From Takakia lepidozioides (Eukaryota > Plantae > Bryophyta), in NCBI GenBank assembly GCA_030704615.1, contig CM060731.1, forward strand, positions 19,964,001 to 20,028,000: a DNA stretch of 64,000 nucleotides, given 5' to 3'. Below the pieces are notes generated by a model. That model was not told the origin of the DNA. It saw nothing but the letters and a program-made list of their open reading frames with translations, and searched no databases. Below, piece by piece: positions 39,810 to 52,287 of this stretch (position 1 is the stretch's first letter; the number at the start of each line of letters is the position of its first letter). The position numbers and the translations under genes are program-made.

Positions 39810-41522
39810 ATTCTTCTTCTCCAATGATGGCTCATAGGAAGAAACTTGCGGTAGTTGGGATACACCATCTTGCGAAGATTGCTGGAGCTTTGTGCATCAA
39901 GTTCATCGCCACAATGCAGGCATGCGTGGTACCCTTTAGTGCTTAATCCCGAGCAAATAGTAAGACCTGTAGACATTCCACCACATTAGGAAAGAGAAAA
40001 AGTTTCCATGTGCATCTACCTCACTACGGTGCAGAAGACTGTCGCCGCTACTTCAATCAATCCCAATCCTCATCAATATCCCTTGACAGATAAATGTACG
40101 CGGGTTTTTCATGGGGAACATAATATACCTGGATAATCATGCATTGTCCAAAGCAAGATGTCTCTCATCTGAAAAGATTGTCCGACCATAGGGTCAAGTG
40201 AAGCATCCAATGTCGGGACCCCCCTCCATAGCTCCTTCAGTTCATCAACTAGAGGTCGCAAGTACGTGTCCATGTCTTTAACTTGTTTTTTCCCTATGAG
40301 ACATTCACACCATTAATTATTTCAATGCTCCACCATGCTAATTATACTTCATAATGAATGACACATCTTACTACATGATTACGTCACTCATCAATTTTCC
40401 ATCGGAATTGCGCCAAAGAGAAGAAGATTAATGTAAAATCCAAAGTAATAATAAGCATGAAATGGGAACACTCACCCGGTACAATGGCAGCCAACATGAT
40501 ATGGCCTTTTTTTATTGAAAGATATGGAGGGATGTTGTAATTCACCATGGTCACCGGCCAAGTGGAATAACTACATGACTGGACAGAGAATGGGTTGACC
40601 CCATCCAAGGAGAAGCCGAGGCGGACATGTCGTGGGTCCTCCAAGAGAAAAGGCCACATCTCTTCAGTATGCCTCCATGCTTGTGAATCTTGTGGCCCGC
40701 ACACCTTTCCCGGGGGGCTCCGATGCGAGGCGTGCCATCTCATCAGTTCTGCCAATGAGGGGCTTCGGTAGTGTGCCTGCAGTCGCGGGGTGATTGGAAA
40801 GTAGTGCATTTTTTGGCATCATCCCCATGTCGGCCCCATATCATAATCAGTGTCATTCATATCTCTAAGTAAAACCTTACATCTTGTAGCGGTTGCAAAA
40901 CAATATACAAGTGTATTGTGGCGCGGGTATACCTTGCGCGGCTTTCTTCCCTTGAACATCATCCCGATATCGGTCTTTGTTGCACTTTGGACACTTGGTG
41001 AGTTTCGCATCCTCTCCGTAGTACAGGGTTTTATCACATGGACATGCATGAAAAAACTTATAGCCCATCCCCACAGCATCCAAGGCTGCTCTTGCCTCTT
41101 TTCTTGATCGTGGCATTCTCGGCTTCAAATGTGGGGCAAGGATGTAGTCCGCAATAGTCCGCATTATGGTGGACATACCCACATTGCTTATGCCAAACCG
41201 GATTTGCAAATTCAACAACGTTCAAGATGGTTGAAAGTCTACTCACTTTGGCCTCTTCGTATAAGGGAGTTTTGGCTTCTTTTTCCATGTCATTCAAAGA
41301 GTCTGTGTCCTCATCTACCATCTGATGCATTAAGAGGTCCTCCATTGTTGCCACATCCTCATGCATAATTCCATTGTCATTGTTGTCCTCATCATCGGAG
41401 ACCGTCATTTCAGACGGGGTCGGGTCCCTTTGATACGCACCCCCCTCCGAAGGAGCAAAATCCCGGTTCATGACAAGATCATGAACTTCATGAATTAACT
41501 TCGTGGGGTTGTGGCCGGCATC
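39810..41522 (-). pseudogene. CACTA TnpD/Tnp2 (Transposase_21-type) transposase, spliced, frameshifted and 3'-truncated
   Basis: HACPCDKTLY..CPKCNKDRY; YFPITPRLQ; MRWH; RLGFSLDGVNPF..YSTWPV..NYNIPP; LRPLVDELKELW; WTMHDYPG; GYHACLHC. Confidence 0.93.
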
Positions 41523-41836
41523 CTAACATGCCAAAAACAACCATGTCATTATCAGTTTCCATACATGGCGTTGTTCATTATCATACATGATAAAACCCAA
41601 AGTACACATTATACACACGAGGGGAATACATACATTGCTTCACCACATGAAGGAGACACTATATAATTCAAAATACCCAAATTCACATGTAACGTCCACC
41701 CAAACTCCCTTGAATATAGCATGAAAAACTGCATCCAAATACACATCAATGCCTATGTATATATATACATGGTGGAGGAAGCCACCTCAATGTACAAAAT
41801 GTCTTCCTATGTCCATCTACACATGATGAAAGTCGG

Positions 41837-43650
41837 CTAACGCCTAAAGTCATACTCTGCAAACAACTCCTCTCCAGCCCTAATAGTCCTCCTTGCACAT
41901 GTCATCACAAAAGTGGTGATGTTAGGGTCCAATCTACTATCCCCGTCATGGCGCTCATCCCAAAACACGTTGGCGGTGTGGCCCGGCGGTAAGGTAACTG
42001 AACTGTTGATGAGCCCAGCCACGTTGCCGTACACATCGGGGTTTCCGTCACAATAAATATGGGCTTTGCGGCCCAAATTTCTCGCCCTTACATCATTGTC
42101 GTTCACAACAAGGATGTAAGGATGGATCAAGGACCCAAGGCCGCGTGTCTGCAATAATTGCCACTCCCGGTGGGTGTACCTCGGCCCAAAATAGGGGAAC
42201 AAATCCACAGAATCCTCTCCTCCCCCTTAAACTACATCCTCAATAAAAAAAAGTCCGCGACCCATACTAGGGTCCATTGCCTCCATCACGCAATTATACA
42301 TGCGACCCGAAAAAAGAAAGGGCTCACCCTCGGGAATCGGAACTGGACAAGGCACAAGACATTGGTAGAAATGGGGTTGGACTCCCATCGTGAATAGCTC
42401 CCTAGCACCACGATGACATATGGTGCCGTCATCAGGCCGACGAAGGTGCGGACCAACCGTGCGAAACAACTTCGGTCCACCTCTCCTAGGGGGTGGCGCC
42501 CGTCCATCACTTCGGGGGCCCTTCTCCCGGAGTGGGAACCTAGTGATCCATCGGTCCCAGTCATACACAGTCCCCAAAGGTGGTGGGATCCATCCGGGTT
42601 CTGCTGGAGGACCCGAATACGGACTCGGTGGCGGCTGTGGTCTCGGCAATGGAGGGGAAGGGACACGTAGGTTGGTATGAGGGATCTCACGTGGAGGTAA
42701 TACTGGCCGAGATGGCCGGGATGGCGATGGTGATGAGGAAAGAACATGTACAATAGGAGGAACGGACGATGCGGATGATGGTGATGATGGGGGGTGCCGA
42801 TGTCGAGGATGTCGAACTCGGACTCGGTGGCGGCTGTGGTCTCGGCAATGGAGGGGAAGGGACACGTAGCTGGTTTGTATGAGGGACCTTGGATGGCAAT
42901 GGTGATGAAGAAAGATCATCTACAATAGGAAGAACGGACGATGCGGATGATGGTGATGATGGGGGTGCCGATGTCGAGGGTGACGAATGTGTGTGCGTAG
43001 GTGGCAAGCACCTAGCCCGATGCCCAAAAATAAAAAAAACACGCATCGTACCCCGCTACCTCACAAATTGCATCTACGTCATGTTGCGAGAAAAAAATGT
43101 TCACATCCGGAACAGGGTGGGGCTCGTAAGAAGGAAGAAACCCGCATCGGTATGCCTCTTCAGCAAAAAAATTGTGAGCTTGGACATCAAGACGGGGCTG
43201 CAAGATGCATGATATGAAATGCATCAATACTCAATTCACAAACGCGAGGTTTCATTAGATATAGTACTTTTAATTGAGGAGTACGTGAGAAGATATATGG
43301 ACGACTTACCTTTGCTGCATCAGCAATCTCGTACTTGGCGTAATGTTTTTGCACAACATGGGGTCGCCGCATCATCGGTGTGGTCCTCCCAACCGGTAGT
43401 CGTGCCCAACACCAACTGCACCAACACTCAATCTTGGGGAGGCGGTCCCGGCGGGGTCTCCCCGGGCTCGTGCCTCTGGACTTGGCGGCCTACGACCTCG
43501 GGGTGGTGGCCGTGGGGGCAAAGCTGTGCGGACATGGCGATGCCGCCTAACTCGTAGACGAGGCGAACGTGCTGTCTCGCCCTCAGCAGGTGGTTGTGGC
43601 ACAGCCGGCAACGAATCCTCAAGCGTGACACGTCGATAAACACGCGGCAT
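41837..43650 (-). pseudogene. SET-domain protein with a Pro/Ser-rich N-terminal region, inside the CACTA element
   Basis: ORFs 42919-42227 and 42208-41837 are in the same frame, separated by one TAA. SET motifs appear in order: MGRGLF, YFGP, GNVAGLINSS..AN, ARRTIRAGEELFAEY. Probable upstream exons from ATG 43650. Confidence 0.82.
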
Positions 43651-45099
43651 GACCTAGCACGAGAGAGAGGTAGAGTACCGTATTGTGACCCACTGTAACC
43701 TCCGAGGAGTTACACTCCCAACCCTTGAAAAACTTGAAAAAAAAAACCCTACAAACGTAAAGCCATATGTCCCCACCCCACGAAAAAACAAAACCCTAAA
43801 AACAAAACTATATTGCAGCTAATCCTAAACTAACTATATTATAACTAACCCTAAACTAAACTATGAAACTAAACCCTAAACTAAACTATGTAACCCTTAA
43901 AACCCTAAGAGCCAAAGACCCAAAAACCCAAATGATCCTTGCAAAACCCCATAACCAAAAAACCAAAAAAAAAAATAAAAAAAAAATGAGAGGCCTCTTC
44001 AACTCACCTCTGCGCCAGATCTGCGACTGCCGTGCGACGTCCCCCTGAGGCAGCGACGCTCGTGCGATTCCCCAACGTCGCAGCGGATCCTCCTCCTGCC
44101 AAGGTGGCCGCCCTTCTCTCCCCTTCTCTCTCCCCTTCGCGAAGGCGCCTGATCGCCGCCGAGGTTTCCGGTGGGGTCGCCACACTGGCGCGCCGCGGCT
44201 GCACCGACCGCCTCTCACTCCCCCTCTCAATCTCTCTATCTGATCTCTCTCTCCCTCACCCTCCTCCTCTCACTCTTCCTCCCTCCCCTCCCTCCATCCC
44301 TACTTTGTTTTTTTTGCTCTCGAGCTCTCCCGGGCGCAACTACCCCCGCGCGCCGGAGCGTTTTCCGGCGGCGGTGACGCAACACTGACGCGCCACGGCG
44401 TTCAAACCCGCGCGTGCCCTCTCTCTCACTCTCCCTCTCGCCCTAATCCCTCTCCCTCACTCTCTCTCTCCCTCTTCTATTTCGTTTTGTTTTTTTTTGC
44501 TGTTTGAGCGAGCTGGGAGCGCGCCCCGTGACCTGCTGGTGGAGCTCCAGCCGAACGCCAACGCCGCGGGAGGGACCGCCAGCGTGAAGGAGCTGCCGCG
44601 TGAGGGAGCTACCCTCCCTCTCCTTCTCTCTCTCTTATTCTCCCTCTTAGCTCTCCCTCTCCCTCTCGCCCTTATCTCTCTCCCTCGTTTTTTTTTTTTT
44701 TTTTGGTTGTTTGAGCGAGGGAGTGTGCCCACGTGACCTGGTGGCGGAGCGCCAGCGTGAAGGAGCTGCTGCGTGAGGCGCCCAACTGCAGGTAAGCAGC
44801 CATGCATTTCTGATCTTCATAGTGAGAGATTTCAGTGAGAGTTTGGGTTCCACGGAGTAGACAGTGGAATCCCCACGGATCTCATAGTATATAGGACAAT
44901 AGCAGAAGTGTTCTTCAGTTTCAATTTCATGGAGAGAGAGAGGGAGAGAGAGAAAGCGAGGGAGAGATTTCCCTTCTTTTTTGGGGACCTGCACAAAGGA
45001 GAAGGAGAGAGAGGGAGAACGAGGGAGAAAGAGGGACAGGGACAGACGGGAGAGAGGGAGGGAGAGGGATAGAGGGGGCCAAGAAAATACAAAAAGAAG

Positions 45100-48000
45100 T
45101 AGGGGGGGGGGGGACTGAGCAGCAGCAGCTCAGCCCCTATCTGGTTTTTTTTCCCTCATTTCTCCGTCTCTCTCCTCCATCTGTCCCTGTCCCTCAGCTG
45201 CTCAGTCACTCCCCCTCCCCCACCCTTATTTTCTTTTTTTTTCCCTCAACACTCCCTCTCTCTCCACATCCTGATGGGACAGAGGAGAGAGAGGGAGAGA
45301 TGAGGGAAAATAAATAAATAAGAAGGTGGGGGGGGAGTGACTGAGCAGCTGCTGCTCAGATGCTGGTGCTGCTCAGTCACTCCCCCCCACTTCTTTTTTA
45401 GTTTTTTTTTCCCTCCTCACTCCCTCTTTCTCCCTCTCTCCCTCTCTCTCCACATCTTCATGGACAGAGGGAGAGATGAGGGAAAAGTGAGGGAAAATAT
45501 TCATGTCATGTCAAGACATAGACAAGACTTAGTAAAAGTCATTGTCAAGAAAAATGACATAGCAGCCTCATTACAAACATCTCCTTACATGTACAATCCC
45601 CAAAAAAGATCCTTATTACAAGGTATCCTCATATCATCATGTTAACACTTCCCCTCCATAAATATTTCATCTTAAATAAAAGAGACTGGATTTCAAAGTT
45701 CTTGAAATCATAGGGTGGGAGGGTGGGGTCTTTTAAGAAAACAAACACATAGCATGAGCTTGTAGGGTTCTGAAGAAGGTATGCATATTTGCATACAGTC
45801 AATCAATCAAAGTCTGAACACTTTATTTAAAACATACTGAGTTTTAAACAAGAGCTGTAAGTGTTCCAATGGCTTACAACAACCAAACAGAGGGCAAATG
45901 TTGTGATGATCATACAAAAACTTGTAAGTCATTACCATGTCATATTCCCAATATCTGGGGGGAGCTAAAGAATACAGTTTGTAATAAAAAAAAACCCTTC
46001 AAAAATACTAGCTTGGTAATTCCAGGGTTCAAATAGCTTAAACAAGTACGTTGTAAGATCAACAAGTCTTTGAGAGAACCGTTCTAGCAGGCCTAAGAGT
46101 GAGAGCTTTGATGAAAACAATTCCCTATTACAGCTTTAAAGGGCATGTATGTTCCTAAAAGCACAAGCTGAACTGATTGTACTTCCATAAGTAGATGCAG
46201 GCCTAGGGTATGTATCCCAGGGCCTTTATCCAAAACACTGCCAAGTTTGAGATCCTCAAAAATACTTGTCTGTAATCAGGTTATAATCTCCATGGGGGAG
46301 CCTGAAAGAATGTATGTGTTCCTAAAAAGACTTACCCAATGCCTTACTTAATACATTCTAAACTGGTGAGGCATAAACAACACTGTCTGACTCTCCAAAA
46401 GGCCAGAAAACAGGTATGGAAAAATGCATCCAATGTCACACTTGCACCACCAAACCCTTGTCATCAAAACCAGCCCGAACCTTCACAATAAGGTCTGAAT
46501 TCTAGGAGGCCTTGCCCATTTACTTCCCTGACTTAACAGATTTTGTTACCAAGAACCAGAAATAAAAGTAAAGGTTTAAGGCATATCCCCATTGAAGCCG
46601 CTTTGAAGCGCACGGATTCCGCAACTTATTGACGAACCCTAATTCCGTGTGCTTAATGCACGAATGTGATGTGTCCGATTTCAACGTCGGTAACGTGCGA
46701 AATCTGTGTACGTTGGCCTTGTACAATACTTGGACAAAGGTTGAATGCAATTGTCGTGTGGAATTTATAACTAAATCTACACGAATAAATGACAAATTAC
46801 ATGTTATATTAGTGCAAATCATCTGGACGTCATTTTGACACTCCTCACATCACATAATCGCTCCAATTGAAGACGTGAAATTGCAGCAACAGCAGCTTGC
46901 AGCATATCTTATCCCTCCTGCAGTAACCAGATCATCTGCAAGCCAAAGAGTTCATGCCAAGTGAAATCCCTCACCTGCGCCCGTCCCAAAAACAAACACA
47001 ACAAATGTTTTGTGCGTTAGTGAGGATGCGCGAGGTGAATTACAGGATTTCACAATTGCTATCCATGTCAGGTATGAGCCGTAAAGCATGCAAAGATCAC
47101 AGAACCAGTAGAAGAAAGCATAGATGTCACACCACAAAGAACCTCAATCTTTTGTGGAGTAGGACGTTGCGGCGTTCATCATCTGAATTTGAACGAGCAC
47201 AACAGAATGCAACGGGAGGAGAGTTGAGGATAGGTTGTATCTTGATAATACAGGCCGCTTCCCCACCTCCATAACCGCCGCTGCTTCATCAATGAGGAAA
47301 AATGTAGGCAAACACAACATTATGTCATTTGCCATTGCGGGAGATGAAAGTGCCTGCCGTCATCTCGCGTTCCAAAAACAAGAACACACCCGCTCGGATC
47401 TTGCTGCTCGAGCATTCAGCCGCCATCGAGCATTCGTCCGCCATCGCTCTCTTCCAGAGAAAAAAACACACACGATATCGTGCTGTGTCTAGGGCAGAGA
47501 GACACTTAAGGAAAACCTCCCGCGATTTCATCCACCAGGGATGAAATTATGCCTCATCCTACGATTTCATTCGTTTTGGGATGAAAAACCGCATAGGTCA
47601 CATTCGCAGGATTTCATCCACTAGGAATGATTTTTGTCAATGATTAGGGTTAGGGCTTATAACTTAGGACCATAAATCATACCAAAAAAATTTATGTTTC
47701 GTATGTTTGTCGGAAGGATGACATCCGGTATGGATGATATCAGACCAGGATGAAAAATGGGCATTCAATAGGTTTAAATCAAAGGAGTATAAACCTAAAA
47801 TGCATTGAAATACATATCTGCCTATAAATCATCCAGTTATGGTTATAACAGAAAATTTCATCCAGTATGGATGAAACCTTAAAAAATTCCATCAGGGATT
47901 AAAAACATATAGTATTTCCAAAATAAGCATTATGGAAAAAATTTGATAATCCCAAACAAGTAGTTGGAGAGAGGGAGAGAGAGGGAGAGATGAGGGAAAG

Positions 48001-48860
48001 AAAAATAAAAAAATGGGTCGGGGGGGTGACTGAGCAGCAGCAGCAGCTGCTCAATCACTCCCCACCCTCCCCAACTTTTTTTTAAAAAAAAAAAATTATT
48101 TCCCTAAACAGTCCCTCTCTCTCCACATCTTCATGGGACAGAAGGACAAAGAGGGACAGAGGCAGAGAAGGACAGAGAGACAGAGGGAGATGGGAAAAAG
48201 AAGAAGATGAAAAACAAAAAAAAGATGGTGGGGGGGGGGGGGGGGGGTGACTGGAGCAGCTGCTCGCTCTCTCTCCACATCGTGATAGGACAGAGGGAGA
48301 GAGGGACTGTTGAGGGGGAACCAAAAAAAAAAAAAATGTGGGGGGGGGGGGGGGCAGCTGCTCCAGTCACCTCCCCACCCCCCCACGGTTTTTTTTTTTT
48401 CCCCCTCAACAGTCTCTCTCTCTCCACATCCTGATGGGACAGACGGAGACAGAGGGACAGAGAGGGAGAGATGAGGGAAGAAAAATAAAAAGAAGGTTGG
48501 GGGGTGACTCAGCAGCTGCTGCTACTCAGTCACTCCCCCCCCCCCCCACCTTTTCGTTTTTTGTTTGTGGAATGGTGGGGGGTGCTGAAAGCAGCTTGCT
48601 GCTACTGGTCTTAGCCCCCCCCCCCGACCTTTCATTTTTGGTTTTGGCAATGGTAGGGGGCGCTGAGAGCTGCAGCAACAAGTACTTGCTGCTGCTGCTC
48701 TCAGTCCCCCCCACCTCGTTTTTATTTTTTTGGAATGGTGGGGGGCTGACAGTAGCAGCAAGTGCTGGTGCTCTCAGCATCCACCACCCCCCCCCCCCCT
48801 CCTCTTTTCATTTTTTGCTTATCAGCAGAGAGAGAAAGGAGGAGATGGAGGAGGATATAA
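45100..48860. repeat. GA-rich / G-tract low-complexity repeats with a GACTGAGCAGCAGC..CTCAGTCACTCCCC motif (blocks ~45100-45480 and ~47965-48860)
   Basis: The same motif recurs in both blocks, in both orientations. Confidence 0.75.
45700..46520 (-). mobile_element. Possible highly decayed LINE 3' fragment (zf-RVT-like)
   Basis: ICPLFGCCKPLEHLQLLF resembles the C..C...E..HLF zinc-binding tail of LINE ORF2; otherwise full of stops. Confidence 0.3.
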
Positions 48861-48969
48861 AGATAGAGGGAGAGGGAGAGAGGGGAAGGGGGAGGGTCAG
48901 GCCTTGTTGGTTTTTGGCATGTGAAATCACACGGTAGTAGTATTGTGGGCGCAAGGATAAGCTAGTAGT

Positions 48970-51040
48970 ATGGCGAAGGACAAGGAGAAGGGGCCGCCGA
49001 AGGACAAGGATAAGGCGCCGCCGAAGGAGCAGAAATCGCCTGCCGCTAAGGTAGGGAAGCCTGACAACGCTGATCCCGTCATTGACGGCCGTGTGACACG
49101 GTCCACTTGGTCCAAACTCACTAGCCCTATAGGCGGCTGTGTGACAGGACCAAGCCGTAAGGCCGTCGAGGCCTCCACGCCCTCGAAGGTTGAGGCTGGG
49201 GATGAGCCTCCACTTGAGGGTGGTGCACCCAATGTTCAGGCTGGGACGCCACCCCACGGGCTGATGGAGGGCCCTGACTTTTACGCGGGGAAGCGCATTC
49301 TCAGATCTGCCGCCAGGTTTGGGGCGCAACTTGATCTTAGCCCCACCGCCAATGTCTTTTCCCCTTCTTCTGCAGCCAAGAGGGCTTATAAAGGAAGGGG
49401 GGGGGGGGGGGGGGGGGGCTCAGAAGGGGGTGGGTTCCTCCTCACCTTGGGAGAAGAGGGAGGCTTCAAAGGAGGCCGCAATGAGGTGGAAGGAGGAGGA
49501 AAGGAAGAGGGAGGAAGACAAGAAGAGGGAAGAAGGAAATAAGGGGGCATGGGAAAGGGAGGGGGAAGAGTGACACTGGCTATGGAGGGCCCCTTGCGAA
49601 GTCCGTCGCCTGAACGGTCAATGAAGAAGACCCTGGACTTTGGGGCACCGCCTGTGAGCCTATTGGGTGCATGGGATAGGCTTCCACCCTTATTCTGAGA
49701 GGGCGTTATGGGGGGTGCACCACAAGCGGGGACCGAGGGCAACATTGAGGTCATGGACGCAAAGGTGAGCCTCTTTCCTTCACCTTTTTTTCTTTCCTTT
49801 GCCTTTCATTTTGTTTCTGGTTTGTTTCTAATTTTGTGGGTTTTGTGTTCAGGAGCTTGGCACAATCGTGGCTAAGCTTGTGGCAAGTAGTGGGGATTGC
49901 CACCGACAAAGCAGGGACAGTGGTGGTGCCTACCCATGGGGACGGTAAGAGGAAGACGAAAAGATGTTGTGTCCTCGAGGTTCCCCTAATTATCAAGGAG
50001 GGTAGGGAAGTAGTGGAGGGGAAGGGGAAAGGACAGGCCCAGGACTAGAGGGAGCGTAAGAGAAAGAGGCGTAGAAGGGGAGAGGTGCAGCCGGGGGAGG
50101 GCACTAGTGGGGGAACAAAAGACAAGGGGGAGCTAGTTCAGATGAGCGTGCAGGCGGTGAAGGGCATTAGCGGGGCAACAAAAGACAAGGGAGAGGTAGT
50201 TCAGAAGAGCGTGGACGAGGTAAAGACCTCGGGTCCCCACAACCTTGATTTGCCAAAGATGAAGGTGCCCCCCTTAGAGACCAATAAGGTCGGAGATCCC
50301 ATTGGTGAGTATTGGGAGGCCATGAAAAAAGTAGCCTTCGACTTGGCAGCGAGGTGTTTCCCTTGGCACATTGATTGGCCATGCCAATCACATCGCCATA
50401 GGCGAGCATTCGTGCAAGCACTTGAGGGCACATTTCCGGGTGAGTGGAATGAGGAGAAGCTCTTGGAGCTGGTGGGAAAGAACCTCAAGGACAAGAGGTA
50501 CCGTGCGCGACAAATCATTCGCAAGGCACTCAAGGCGGGGGTCGAACCAACGACCATGCCACATGGAATAACCAAGGTAAGACGCACTTCATTTGTCAAT
50601 GGTGTCTTTGAATGCATGTTCATTGCGGTATGGAGTTCATTAACATTTATAGTGTCTTTGTTGGGGCTGGACAGGAATCTTGGGAGGTTCTCATCGCAGG
50701 GGAGAGGGAAGAGCTGAAGGCGGAGATCTTCGCAAGGGGATGTGCGGCAATTGCAGCCCGCCTCGAGAAGTGTGCGGAATCAACACACAAGTGGGGCCCC
50801 GGCAAAAGCAAGAGTTTTGTCACCCGATTCGTAAATGTTCTTTCTCTTGTCATACCCATTTTTCTTTTTTAGCTTCTCCCTTCCATTATGAATTCTGACC
50901 TATTATTGCATTTTTATGTCATGTGCAGAAAGAGAAGTTTCAGAGGCCTCCCTCCGCCATCGAGCACAACTTTTGCAAGACTCAGGGGTGGAAGGCCCTT
51001 GTAGCCTCAATGGCCAAGACGCCACAATTGACGGAGGATA
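48970..51040 (+). pseudogene. CACTA accessory TnpA/Ptta-like gene, degenerate and spliced
   Basis: Low-complexity charged N-terminus, then FPWHIDWPCQS..FPGEWNEE..LKDKRYRAR..MPHGITK|ESWEVLI..AARLEK..THKWGPG, resembling Ptta/En/Spm ORF2 proteins. Confidence 0.6.
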
Positions 51041-52287
51041 GTGCATCTGTAGGGGTGGGGATGCACTAGAAGAGAAACCGGCTTTTTCCACAGCTCTGCC
51101 ATCTCACACCTGACACATTCCACAGCTTTTTATCACGGGTCTATACACTGAGCCAAGGTGTGGGTCTAAATATGCCCTAACTGTGGGGTGTCTCACATGT
51201 GGTCCACACCCCAGGCAAGAACGGTGTGAAAACAGCCATGAGCGTGGCAGGGGTTGGCTTAGTTTACATGGCATGTTACACACCTGTGTGAAATGGGAAC
51301 ATACAATTATTTCCACTGATTGTGGTGTATGGGGAGTTTGAGAATGATGCCCTTGGAAAATGATTATGAACTTCATGTTCATGTTTAGAAATCTGCACGA
51401 TGGGCTACTAGCAAGTGAAGAATACACCCCATTTTCAATCTCTCCATTATGAAGTCTATAATGCCCTTGGTGAAATGAGCATGGGGATCGCATTCAAAGG
51501 TGGCCCCGTTCCTATGACACAACTAGGACAAATAGGCATAGGCATGATTCACACTTTTTGCCACAAATCACTTGCATCATCCTTACGTTGAACTCCTTGT
51601 TTATGTGACATGCTTGGACTTTGTCATCTCACCAGAATATTTCGAAAAAATCCTAACCTAAATTTACTAACAAGTGTTCAAACCAGCCCAATGGTAATAT
51701 ATTTTATTACCATAATCAAATGTTTGTCTACGTGGTGTTTTGGTTTTCTAGACAAGTCTGGTAGCAGGACTTTAGCCTCTGACCTAGAATGATTCAAAGT
51801 GCAAAAGGTTAAAAAGTCAAAAAGTTGCTAATAAGGTTGTCCATTAGGGTAATCGTGAACACAGAGGAGGGCTGAGACTTGGCGTTTTTTTTTGTCTCCC
51901 TGCGCCACACCATGTAGCTGAGGGATGGAACGCGATGATCGCAGGATATGCAGGGGCGTGGGATGGAGGCGTTGAGCAAATGATGCAGGAAGGAGGAGAG
52001 GAGGAGGAGATGAGACGAGGAGAAGCTCGCAACATTCTTGCGAGCTTGCCGTTCTTGGGAGAGTTACCTTGGTCATAGCAGGCCGTGTTTCAATCTCTGC
52101 CTACTCAGCTACACTGTGGTGGTTCGATCTCACAGACCAATCCGACATTACCTGACTACAGACACAAACAGCACATACAAGAGGTCCTTTTGGGTTGATG
52201 GTCGGTCAAGTCATGACACAACCTCAAGGACAATGTGGTGAGGGCATCTTCTTCTTTGACCTATTTCAACCTGTTTTGCCCTCTCAC

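Noticed and set aside
43740-43930. Interstitial telomere array (AAACCCT)
   Set aside because: Only scattered degenerate units, more consistent with telo-box-like or low-complexity sequence.
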